Below are positions 23,006-32,547 of a stretch of DNA of 64,000 nucleotides, one piece after another. Each line of letters opens with the position of its first letter. The stretch's first letter is position 1. Under the pieces are notes generated by a model. That model was not told where the DNA came from. It was given only the letters and a program-made list of their open reading frames with translations, and ran no database searches. The DNA is from an uncultured Gammaproteobacteria bacterium (GTDB taxonomy: Bacteria > Pseudomonadota > Gammaproteobacteria > Methylococcales > Methylomonadaceae): assembly GCA_963777585.1 (NCBI GenBank), contig CAVZRB010000017.1, forward strand, positions 21,227 through 85,226, given 5' to 3'. A program made the translations under genes and the position numbers.

Positions 23006-23713
23006 TTAAGGGATACGTAAATGTTGGCCCGGAAATATGCGATCCGGGTTGCTTAAAATATCCCGATTCGCATCAAAAATACGTTGCCATTGATTAGCAT
23101 CGTTGTAGAACTGTTTGGAAATCTTAGACAGCGTATCGCCACTGGCTACAGTGTAGGTTCGAACGTTTGCAGTCGCCGAACCCATGCCTGTATCAACAGA
23201 GCCGGCGCTTGTGATTGTTGTTTGTTGCTCTGGATTGGGCGATTGTTCCTCATCTTCTTTATTGCCAAAATAGGATGCCGCCACTTTCGCTGCAACCGCG
23301 GCCCCCACTCCACCAAGAAGCACTTTGCCCCATGTCGGGAAACTGCTTGATTCGGGTACCTTGCCGTCTGGCGTCAGTTTATCGACCATAGCGGGTAAAA
23401 CCTGCGAGAGCACTGATGCGCCTTGAGACTCAGGGATGCCTGCCTGTTGAGCCAGAGCAGCAATCTGGTCTTTGCCCAATACATTGGCCAATTGATCGGG
23501 GTTTATGCTCTTGTTTTCTCCCGTACCAACCCAGGACGCGGCAAGATCACCCAAGCCTGATTGTTGAAATTTATTAACCAACCCGTCTATGCCGCCCATT
23601 GTCTGCAGCATTCCCAATGCGCCATTCAATAAATTTTGGCTTTGGTTTTCAGTTTGTCCTGAAGAATTACTTGCTCCGATGGCGGATTTAACTATTTCTG
23701 TGAAAAGGCTCAT
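23006..23713 (-). CDS. YidB (DUF937)-LysM fusion protein
   Basis: YidB motifs [22 protein letters not shown]...[11 protein letters not shown]; C-terminal Lys[14 protein letters not shown]...[10 protein letters not shown]; start MSLFTE after GGAG. Confidence 0.85.
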   Translation of the reverse strand: MSLFTEIVKSAIGASNSSGQTENQSQNLLNGALGMLQTMGGIDGLVNKFQQSGLGDLAASWVGTGENKSINPDQLANVLGKDQIAALAQQAGIPESQGASVLSQVLPAMVDKLTPDGKVPESSSFPTWGKVLLGGVGAAVAAKVAASYFGNKEDEEQSPNPEQQTTITSAGSVDTGMGSATANVRTYTVASGDTLSKISKQFYNDANQWQRIFDANRDILSNPDRIFPGQHLRIP

Positions 23714-24148
23714 AAGGTTTCTCCTCGTGAAATTAGCATAAGATAAAAAGCATTCAGACACTAAAGTCTTCAAGAAATCGCAGAAAAAACTTTCAGTGGC
23801 TTGAAAGCCAATTTATCGCATTATTGCTTGAAAAGATAGAAAATTTATACTGCTCAAATGCTTAAAAGTATTGAGTTTTAGCTTTAGAAAAACACTCATT
23901 CAAAACATAAATGTAACATTCGGTAGTGGCGGTATTTAACATGGCTATCTCCAATAATCCCATGGCCTCCATGATTCATTGGCAAGAAGGCTATGCCCAT
24001 AGAGGCATAAAAAAGCGAAGAAACTTTCAAAAAAGAGTGGTTTGGGATTGGCATTAACCCCAGAACCAAGGGCTGCATAGTGTTGGCAACTCGTTGCAGC
24101 ATGGTTCTGGTTTTAAGTAGAAATTAATGAGGTTCCCCAATGTGCTAT

Positions 24149-24523
24149 TTAGTTCAACAATTCTGGCGGGATATTACCACCGTTCTGTGCGAGTTTTTGC
24201 AATACGGTTTTATGCAGCCAAATATTCATTTGGGCTGAGTCTCCCATTGCTTGGGCTGGACAACCCAATTCTGTCGCAAGTTCTTTACGCGCGGTTAAAC
24301 TGCTGTCAAGCCCAAGTAATTTTAACAAATCGACAATCGAAACTTTCCAGTTAAGCTTTTCTGCACTGGAAGCGGCTAATCCTTCCAATTTTGTTACGAC
24401 ATCGACCACAGCAATTGCAGCAGCAGGGGCAGAAGCTGTTGCTGGTTGGCTTGCATCAGGTGCTTCCGCAGCGGCAGCATTACGAATGCCCAGTTTTTCA
24501 AGAATGGAATTAAAGAGACTCAT
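24149..24523 (-). CDS. DUF3597 family protein
   Basis: LNWKVSIVDLLKLLGLDSSL.ARKELA.ELG...SA.MNIWLHK.V...LA.NGG. Confidence 0.9.
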   Translation of the reverse strand: MSLFNSILEKLGIRNAAAAEAPDASQPATASAPAAAIAVVDVVTKLEGLAASSAEKLNWKVSIVDLLKLLGLDSSLTARKELATELGCPAQAMGDSAQMNIWLHKTVLQKLAQNGGNIPPELLN

Positions 24524-24871
24524 GGTTGATCCTTAAATAGTATAGTTGAGTTGTAGTGGTAATTTTGCATGACTGAAATAAGCAATTCAACTCATACAAA
24601 AATTGTGAATAATTACTTTAGCACTATATCTAACGTTAGTCATTCATGTGCAAAATATTTTGACTTTGGAAAAGCTTAATACTTAAATCCTGCAATCTGG
24701 AAAATAGTGGACTCTGTTTGACAGGAATGAGGTTTGAAATACACGTGAGGCATTGGGGAAGGCGGGTTACGACGGGCGGATAATCCAGATGATGACGGAT
24801 GACATGTTTTTTGCGCGTCTAACTCATCTACGCTTTTAGTGAAAAATTAACTGAATCAGTTGCAAACTTAC

Positions 24872-24904
24872 AAGAAAACGGGGCAAGGATTTGTCCTTGC
24901 CCCG
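24872..24904 (-). terminator. Rho-independent terminator of the secreted protein gene
   Basis: CGGGGCAAGGA-N4-TCCTTGCCCCG hairpin, with T-rich tail on the minus strand. Confidence 0.75.
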
Positions 24905-24942
24905 TCGATTTGACTACCGGCTAACGCGGGATTACCCGAACG

Positions 24943-25947
24943 TTATTGTTGCGGCAGAACCTTGCATGACAAGGCATGCGCAATCAGCCAAATACCGTCA
25001 CTGTTCGTGTCGGACACCGAGAAGGTGGCAGTGTGGCTTTGGACTTCTGGATCGAAATACCGGGTATACCCGTACTGACCCGGCGCGGTTGTAGTCGGCT
25101 TGTAGTCACCCGCGTAGATGTGCAGTTCCTTCATCACGTCGCTGGGTAGGTTATACGTCACCGTTACTTCCGATCCGGTCCAGTTTACCGTTAGAGTCCC
25201 GACCAATTCCCCGTTGGAAGTTTTGTTCAAACCGGCACCCTTCCAAATCTGGTAGGTCGTTTCGCCTGGGGTCGCCAGATTAATGGCCCAGCCCCACCGA
25301 TTTTTGATCAGATTGAGCGACAGCAGTTTCTCAGGGTTGCTCTTCGGATCAGTGGTGAATACATAGCTACCCTTGGCGAACGCCGTTTCGCACTCACCCA
25401 CTTGTGGCGGTACGGTAGTATCGCAGCACAGGTTGTATTCACTATAGAACCACCAACGCGGCCCGGTTCCGGGTTTGTCGCCACCCCATGCTGTCTCGTG
25501 ACTGGTATTCCCTTGTCCGTCGTCCATATTAACCTCGGCGTGGGTCGCTACATAAAGCTTCAGTGGACACGCCAGCGCAATATCCGTAATGCTTAGTGTG
25601 CTCAACGGAACTATGACCGTGTAGGAAGTTAATCCAGTTGCATCCGGTTTGTACGGAAACTGGCCGGGGACAGGAATACCTTGCTTATTCTTGGGTATAA
25701 GCGCCAAGTCAGTACCCGCCCATAGATGTAGGGTTCCAAACGTGGCACCCGGGTAGTCCAGATCGTATTTCACATAAAGATTTTCGGCGTCATTAGAGAC
25801 GGTAACTGAACCCACATCCATGTTTTGGCCAGCGGTGAGATTCCAGGTCGTGGTCCCGCATGCCGTCTCGCTGGACGCCAATGCTGATCCCCCTGTCAGG
25901 AATACCCCAACCAGTGCGATGAATCGAATTAGTTTTAAAAAAGTCAT
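24943..25947 (-). CDS. Secreted protein of unknown function with two related beta-rich domains
   Basis: Signal peptide ending ALA; duplicated motifs AG..VG.(V/L)TV, LH(L/I)(W/Y)AG, PGQ(F/Y).Y, HA, ETA(W/F), RW. Confidence 0.8.
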   Translation of the reverse strand: MTFLKLIRFIALVGVFLTGGSALASSETACGTTTWNLTAGQNMDVGSVTVSNDAENLYVKYDLDYPGATFGTLHLWAGTDLALIPKNKQGIPVPGQFPYKPDATGLTSYTVIVPLSTLSITDIALACPLKLYVATHAEVNMDDGQGNTSHETAWGGDKPGTGPRWWFYSEYNLCCDTTVPPQVGECETAFAKGSYVFTTDPKSNPEKLLSLNLIKNRWGWAINLATPGETTYQIWKGAGLNKTSNGELVGTLTVNWTGSEVTVTYNLPSDVMKELHIYAGDYKPTTTAPGQYGYTRYFDPEVQSHTATFSVSDTNSDGIWLIAHALSCKVLPQQ

Positions 25948-26129
25948 ATGTATAACCTATGTTCAATGAATCTATTAACGTATCAGGCTTTTACGCCTGA
26001 TCCAGTTTCAACCAGAAGACTTCAATCGTCTTATTTAAATTCACATAAACACTCTGATTCATGTGAACACTCTGGGTCGGTTGATTTGCTGTCTTATTCA
26101 GTCAGCAATCCCAGTTGCTAATATTGCAA

Positions 26130-26145
26130 CCAAGAACCGTGCCAA
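26130..26145 (-). promoter_or_regulatory. Sigma54 -24/-12 promoter
   Basis: Minus strand TTGGCACGGTTCTTGG: perfect -24 TGGCACG, -12 TTGG (one mismatch to TTGC); faces the 24943-25947 gene. Confidence 0.7.
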
Positions 26146-26173
26146 TTTTGTATAGATTAAAAAATATAATTAA

Positions 26174-26186
26174 TTTCAATGGGTTA
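26174..26186. promoter_or_regulatory. IHF-like site between enhancer and promoter
   Basis: TTTCAATGGGTTA versus consensus WATCAANNNNTTR, preceded by an AT tract. Confidence 0.5.
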
Positions 26187-26230
26187 ATTATCTTTTGCTT
26201 GTGAGGCGAGTTGAGAGGCTCGCGTGAGCG

Positions 26231-26293
26231 TGAGACATATGTGCGGCATCACAATTGTCTCACTATCTGTCTCATGAGACAGCATATGAGACA
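26231..26293. promoter_or_regulatory. Upstream activator (enhancer) array of five TGAGACA/TGTCTCA heptamers
   Basis: Heptamers at 26231, 26256, 26268, 26275 and 26287; 26256-26293 forms TGTCTCA-N5-TGTCTCA|TGAGACA-N5-TGAGACA. Confidence 0.7.
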
Positions 26294-26386
26294 GTATTTA
26301 GGCAAAGTCTGGGATTATAGGATTTTGCGTGCTAGGTAGGGAGCGGATGGGTATTGAAAAAGTGCCCGGCACGGCTGGCAGCTGGC

Positions 26387-28905
26387 TTATCGATCCTGGG
26401 AAATGTCCAGTTCAGCCAAACGCCGGTAGAAAGTGGCCCGGCTGATACCGAGCAGTTTGGCGGCTTGTTGGCGGTTGCCGCCCGTTTTTTCTAGGGCAGC
26501 CAGAATGCGGCCCCGCTCGTCTCCCGCGGCGGCCATGGGTTCGACAACGGCGGACACTGCGCCCCGGCTGAATTCGGGCGGCAGGTCCTGGGGATTGATG
26601 CGCTCGCCTTTGCTGTGGATGACCGCGTAGTCCACGCAGGCTTTCAGCTCGCGCACATTGCCCGGCCAGTCGTAATTCAGCAGGCATTGCATGGCTTCGG
26701 TACCGAACCGGGGCTGAGTCCGGCTGGAAAAGTGATGGCTCTGGCTGAGGAATGCTTCCACCAGAAGCGGAATGTCAGTTTTGCGTTCCCGAAGGGCCGG
26801 CACATAAAGCCGTGCCACTCGAAGCCGATAGAGCAAGTCCTCGCGGAAGCGGCCTTCACGGGCCTCGTTGGCCAGATCCTTGTGCGTGGCTACCAGGATC
26901 CGTACATCCACCTTGCGTGTGCGGGTTTCTCCAAGACGGGTTATTTCTTTTTCCTGCAGCACGCGCAGCAGGCTGGCCTGCATGCTCAGGGGCAGGTCGC
27001 CGATCTCGTCCAGAAACAGGGTGCCTCCGTGAGCGGCCTCGAAAAAGCCCTCCTGATCCTTGACGGCGCCCGTAAACGCGCCCTTGCGGTGGCCGAAGAG
27101 CTGGCTGGTCAGCAGCGACTCGCTAAGGCCGGCGGAGTTAACGGCGATGAAGGCCCCGTCCTTGCGCGGACTGGCCGCATGGATGCTGTGGGCGACCAGT
27201 TCCTTGCCGACACCGGTTTCGCCATCGATCAGCACCGTCCAGTCGCCGCGCGCCACATCATCGATGAGCCGGTAAAGCTCCCGCATGGGCTCTGAGTTGC
27301 CGAGCATCCGGCCGTAGCGGCTCTCTTCGATGGCTTGCCGCAGTTGATGGATTTCGGTGACGTCGTAGAGCAGCAGAATGTGGCGGTCGGGGTCCTGGGG
27401 ATCGTCGCGTACATCGCATTCCACCCAGTATTCTTTCCGATCCGCTCCCTGCCAATGCAGGGTGATTCGATGGCGTTCGGCGGGCGGGAGGTCCAGCAAC
27501 TGCTGCAATTGCAATTTCGACTGTATCCCGAAGGGCAACACCTGATCCCAGGGCCGGCCCATGGCGGTGTTGCGGTCGATGCCGGTAAAATGTTCACAGG
27601 ATTCGCTGACAAATTCCACGCGATGATCGGCGTCCAGCATCAGGGTGCCCACCCGGAATTGATTGAGGAGAACCAACAGATTTTCCTGGCTTTTCTTGAG
27701 TTCGGCCAGTGTATGCTCGGCCAGCGCCTCGGCTGCCTTGCGCTCGGAAATGTCGCGCACGATACCCTTGAACAAGCTGCCCCGAGGGAGTTTCACCTCG
27801 GTCACAGCGAGCTCGACGGGGAATACGGTTCCGTCCTTCCGCCGCGCCGATATTTCCCGGACGGTTCCGAGCATTTTGGCTCGCCCGGTTTTCAGGTAGT
27901 TCTCAAGGTAGCGGTCATGCTGGCTGTGGTACGGCTCAGGCATCAGCAGCTTGACGTTATGGCCCAGCAGTTCTTCCGGGCTGTAGCCGAACATGCGCTC
28001 CGTCGCAGGGTTGACGGATTGGATTGTTCCGGACGTGTCGATGGTGATGATGGCATCGAGGGAGCTGTTCAGAAGGGCGCGATGGCGCGCTTCCTCTTCC
28101 TTCAGCTTGTTTTCCTTTTCCCTGATCTCGGAGATATCGGCAAAAATCGCAACCGCATGGGTGACATTGCCTTGCAGGTTATAGTATCGGAGACGCGCTG
28201 AAATGGAGCGGGATGATCCGGCCATCGCGCCGAATCTCCATGTCGGTCACGGCCACCGTGTCGCCCGCCAGGGCACGCATGATCGGCATGGCTTCAAGCG
28301 GATAGGGCTGATCGGTGCCGGCCACGGTAACCTGGCAATACGCCGCCAGATCCCCAATCATCGCGCCCGGCTCGAATATTTTTCCCGTAATGGCAGCTGG
28401 CCGCTTTGTTGGCATAGAAGTTCCGGCCCTGCGCATCCAGAACCAGTACGCCGAAAGGGATGGTTTCGAGGCATTCGTAAAATTGCCGGGCTTGCCTTTG
28501 TACTTCGGCCTGGGCTTCCCTTTGCGCCGTGACATCCGTTTGGATGCCCACGTAATGGGAGAGCTGGCCCTGGTCATCGAAAACCGGAGCCAGGCGCAGT
28601 TCATTCCAGAACAACGTCCCGTCCTTGCGGTAATTCCTGAGGACGACCGCCACTTCCCGGCGCTCGTCCAGCGCCCGACGGAGGTGATCCAAGTCGGGCT
28701 GGTCATGGTCCTCGCCTTGAAGGAACCGGCAGTTCCGGCCCAGGATTTCGTCCTTCGCGTAGCCCGTCATGACTTCAAATGCCCGGTTCACATAGACGAG
28801 AGGCGTATCGACCTGTGTCGCGTCAGCTACAGTGATGCCACAACTGGCGGAGTCCAGCGCTTTGACGATCCAGTCTGGAATTTCTTGGTGGTTAGTTACG
28901 TGCAC
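26387..28905 (-). CDS. Sigma54 enhancer-binding protein: LOV-PAS-hemePAS-PAS-AAA+-Fis HTH (two frameshifts join ORFs 28294-28905, 28179-28706 and 26387-28225)
   Basis: LOV GRNCRFLQG/NYRKDG/FWNEL/GIQ; FixL-like LMPEPYHSQHDRY; GETGVGKE, GAFTGA, LFLDEIG, FREDLLYRL, WPGNVREL; HTH AAKLLGISRATFYRRL. Confidence 0.88.
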
Positions 28906-29476
28906 AATGACTCCATTTTTTCATCAACTCAGGTTGGCAAAAAGAAACTATATTTCTGTCCTTTGGTTGACGATTCTAGTTCCCGGAAAATTCCAGTGCT
29001 GTTTTAATGCCTGAAAAATAAGTCCAGACTCTACTGGCCGTTTACGGCCAAGTACGGATATTCGGTATACGTTTTATCCAGCGAGCCGAACGAGTCTGCG
29101 ATATTTGAAACAAAACGGCATCCAATATGTACCACTTCCAGCGTTCGTTTTACAAGTTTACGGTCACATAAATACTAAAAAACAATGCGATGATGAATTT
29201 ACAGGGTCAATTTTGACTTTGTTTGCCGGTTAATATTCGATGTAAGTAACCCATTTCCTCCCTGCAGGGCTTTTCATGTAACCTGGTTTTGTTCACACAT
29301 AATATTTATGCAACAAAGCCAGTTTGACTAATGAGGAAACTGCTGAATACAGCGTCCACTGAGATTCTTGTTATCAAACCTTTACCCCATCACAAATTTA
29401 TTCCCGCTGACTTATTTGGCTGAAGGGGGATAAGTGGTCAACAAGGCCATGCCGCATTGATAACAACGATAGGCCG

Positions 29477-31250
29477 TTATCCCTTATTGCCTGCAGCCAT
29501 TTCCAGCAGCCGTTCTACACCAACCGGCTCTTCCTTAAGCAGCGGAACAACCGCATAACGTTGGGCATGCAACGTGGCGACGGCATTGATCTCGCGCAGT
29601 TCGTTGGCGGCGCGCTGGCGCAGCAAGGGCGATTTGGAAGTGGCTGCGGCAACACTGGTATTGATGATCCAGGCCCAGGGTTCGATGCCGGCACGTCGCA
29701 AGTCGGCTTGCAGGTTCGCGGCCTCCAGAACCGGCGTGGTTTCGGCCAGTGTGACAATCAGCACCTTGGTCTGTTTAGGGTCCTGCAATTGCATCATCGG
29801 CGTGGTGTAGTGCAGCCCGGAGCTGCCCATCTGGCGCGACACTTCACGGTGATAAGCGCCGGTCGCATCCAGCAGCAGCAAGGTGTGTCCGGTGGGCGCG
29901 GTATCCATCACCACGAACTTCTTGCCGGCTTCGCGGATGATGCGGGAAAACGCCTGGAATACGGCAATTTCCTCGGTACAGGGCGAGCGCAGGTCTTCTT
30001 CCAGCAGCGCACGGCCTTGCGCATCGAGCTTTGCGCCTTTGGTCTCCAAAACATGTTGACGGTAGCGCTCGGTTTCGGCTGCCGGGTCGATGCGGCTTAC
30101 GGTCAGGTTGTCGAGAGCGCCATTCAGCGTTTCGGTCAAGTGTGCCGCCGGGTCGGAGGTGGTGAGATGCACCGGCAGTCCGCGATGCGCCAGCTCGACG
30201 GCGACCGCGGCCGCCAGCGTGGTTTTGCCGACGCCGCCTTTGCCCATCAGCATCACCAGGCCATGACCGTCTTTGGCAATGTCATCGACCAGTTCGGAAA
30301 GACTGGGTTCGTCGAGCTCGATGGGGGAATCCACCCTGACGTGCCCTTGCACAGGTGTGTCAACCAGCAGTTGGCGCAGGGCATCCAGTCCGACCAGATT
30401 GAATGGCTTAAGCATGACCTCATCACAGGGCAGTCTCTTCAACACTTCGGGAATGTCGTTGAGGGCGGATCTGCTCACGTTCGTGAATGGCGGCGACCAA
30501 CGGATCATTGTCGGCTTCAGTGCGAGGCAGGATGCCGTTGATGACCAGATACTGATGCTGAAAGCCAATCGCCGCCAGTTCTTCATGCGTGCGGGCGACT
30601 TCGCGCAAGGTGGCTTGCTGGGCACGGGCCACCAGAATCAGCCGGGTACGGGTCGCATCGGCCAGCGCATCCACTGCCGCCTTGTATTGCTCCCGCTGCT
30701 TTTCCAGGCCGGCCAACGGGCCGAGACAGGACGCATCGCCTTTGCCTTCTTCAAGAAAGCCGCTCCAGGCGCCGGGCAGTTGCAACAGGCGAATGGTATG
30801 GCCGGTGGGTGCCGTATCGAAAACGATGTGATCGTAGCCGGCGGTCAGCGCCGAATCGGTCAGCAGCGCGGTGAATTCGTCAAACGCCGCAATTTCGGTG
30901 GTGCAGGCGCCGGACAGTTGTTCTTCGATGCCTTTCACCACCGCTTCCGGCAACACGCCGCGCACCGGGCCGACGATGCGGTCGCGGTAGGCCTGGGCCG
31001 CGGCTTGCGGATCGATTTCCAGCGCCGCCAAACCCGGCACGGCCGGAATGGCGGTGATCTGGTTGCCGATGCTGATGCCGAACACCTGGCCGACGTTGGA
31101 GGCCGGGTCGGTGCTGACCAGCAGCACCTGCTGCCCGGCATCCGCCAGCTGTATCGCCGTGGCGCAGGCAATCGAGGTCTTGCCTACGCCGCCCTTGCCG
31201 GTAAAAAACAGAAAGCGCGGCGGCTGGTCGAGAAATTTCATGTCAGTCAT
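29477..31250 (-). CDS. arsA: Arsenical pump-driving ATPase (frameshift near 30470)
   Basis: Two GKGGVGKT P-loops, two DTAPTGHT motifs, SGACTTE, SPCTEE. Confidence 0.93.
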
Positions 31251-31272
31251 GATGACATCTCCAAAGGATTGT

Positions 31273-31630
31273 TTAACAGCAGCTGCTGCCGCCACAGCAA
31301 CCGGATTCTGGCTTTTTCTTCACGCTTGGGCAATCCCGGCCCAACGTGCCAGTTCGTCGCGATTCGGATAGCGCCCGCCAACGCGACTTCGCCATCGACC
31401 AGAATCAACGGCAGCGCTTCCGCGCCGGAACGCTCCAGAAAACCTTTCACGACCGGGTTTTCGGCAAAAGCCATCGGTTGCTGGGCCAGATTGAAGCGCT
31501 CGATCTGCGCGCCGTTTTGCTTGGCCCAATCGACATCGGCAGAAAAGCCGACCAATTGTTGATCGACGTCCACACCGCAGACGCCGGTGCTGCAACACAA
31601 GGCGGGGTCAAATACTTGAATGCTTGTCAT
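31273..31630 (-). CDS. arsD: Arsenic metallochaperone (frameshift near 3' end)
   Basis: FDPALCCSTGVCG, RFNLAQQP, LPLILVDG, C-terminal CC pairs. Confidence 0.92.
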
Positions 31631-31648
31631 GATGTATCTCCTTAAAGT

Positions 31649-31830
31649 TTAGGGTAACAAAGTGCCGATGCGGTCCAGCTCCGCTTTTTTAGGATTGCCC
31701 AATATCGCGGACTTGCTGTTCAAGCGCCAGCCGTTCCAGACTTTCTGGGTGCAAACTTGTTAACAGCGCGATTCACCGTTCCAGAACGGCGAACGCCATG
31801 CACATGAATGCGTTTCATAAAACAGATTCC
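31649..31830 (-). pseudogene. arsC: Remnant C-termini of arsenate reductase(s) (LMW-PTP-type ArsC)
   Basis: AFAVLER*IALLTSLHPESLERLALEQQVRDIGQS* followed by a second tail KAELDRIGTLLP*; no N-terminal catalytic motif. Confidence 0.55.
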
Positions 31831-31834
31831 ATCA

Positions 31835-32182
31835 TTAAGGGTAAACGGCCAGAGGTTGGGGCTTCTTCGTCACAACACCCCATGACCGCCCCACAGGGGT
31901 TCCTGCGCAACAATTTTCGGTCAGGAATCCCAGCAACTCATTCATGGCCGCAAAATGCGCGGCGTAGTAAATGAAGCGGCTTTCCTGCCGTGCGGTAATC
32001 AGTCCCGCATTTGTCAGTTCTTTCAGATGGAAAGACAGGGTTGCATTTGGGATGCTCAATGCCTTCGCTATTTGGCCAGCCGAAAGGCCAGTTTCCCCCG
32101 TTTGAACCAGAATTCGGAAGATTGAGAGACGGGTTTCCTGCGCTAAGGCGCCAAGAGCTTTGACGGCTGAATTTATTTTCAT
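31835..32182 (-). CDS. arsR: ArsR/SmtB repressor (C-terminal CC type)
   Basis: ALAQETRLSIFR.L, ATLSFHLKEL..AGLI, FLTENCC. Confidence 0.9.
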   Translation of the reverse strand: MKINSAVKALGALAQETRLSIFRILVQTGETGLSAGQIAKALSIPNATLSFHLKELTNAGLITARQESRFIYYAAHFAAMNELLGFLTENCCAGTPVGRSWGVVTKKPQPLAVYP

Positions 32183-32428
32183 ATTTCCAGAGTAATGGAA
32201 CTATTAGGCTATGTCAAACTCTGTGCAGTGTTCGGATGAACACATTTGTATTTCGATGGCTCGGTAACTATCTGGGGCAGTTTTACCATACCCGGAGTAC
32301 GCTCAGCGATGCCGAAAAGAATACGCCGGATTGTCTTATAGTATTGCAAGGATTAACTCCTAAGCTAAACTCTGAATACCTTCGATGCGTCCTGCTCTGG
32401 TGTCGCTAGAGTCTGTAGCCTAAATTGT

Positions 32429-32450
32429 AAATACGCAATATTACGTATTT
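32429..32450. promoter_or_regulatory. Near-perfect palindromic operator upstream of cydA
   Basis: AAATACGCAAT/ATTACGTATTT, about 100 bp before the cydA ATG. Confidence 0.5.
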
Positions 32451-32547
32451 CTATTTCTTGCAAAAGGATTAGCATAATAATCCTGATCAACGACGTGAAA
32501 TTTCTTTTTCTGAGTCGTTTGATGTAGCCAGCCAAAAAAGGATACCT

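Noticed and set aside
24757-24832. Degenerate REP pair (GGCGGGTTA...TAACTCATCTAC)
   Set aside because: Too eroded to report as a feature
26615-29007. Long plus-strand ORFs (226, 288, 230 aa)
   Set aside because: Antisense shadows of the LOV-PAS sigma54 activator
29010-29200. Minus-strand fragment ...TLEVVHIGCRFVSN... resembling a PilZ/YcgR tail
   Set aside because: Too short and interrupted to support a call
29561-31562. Long plus-strand ORFs (326 and 429 aa)
   Set aside because: Antisense shadows of GC-rich arsA/arsD
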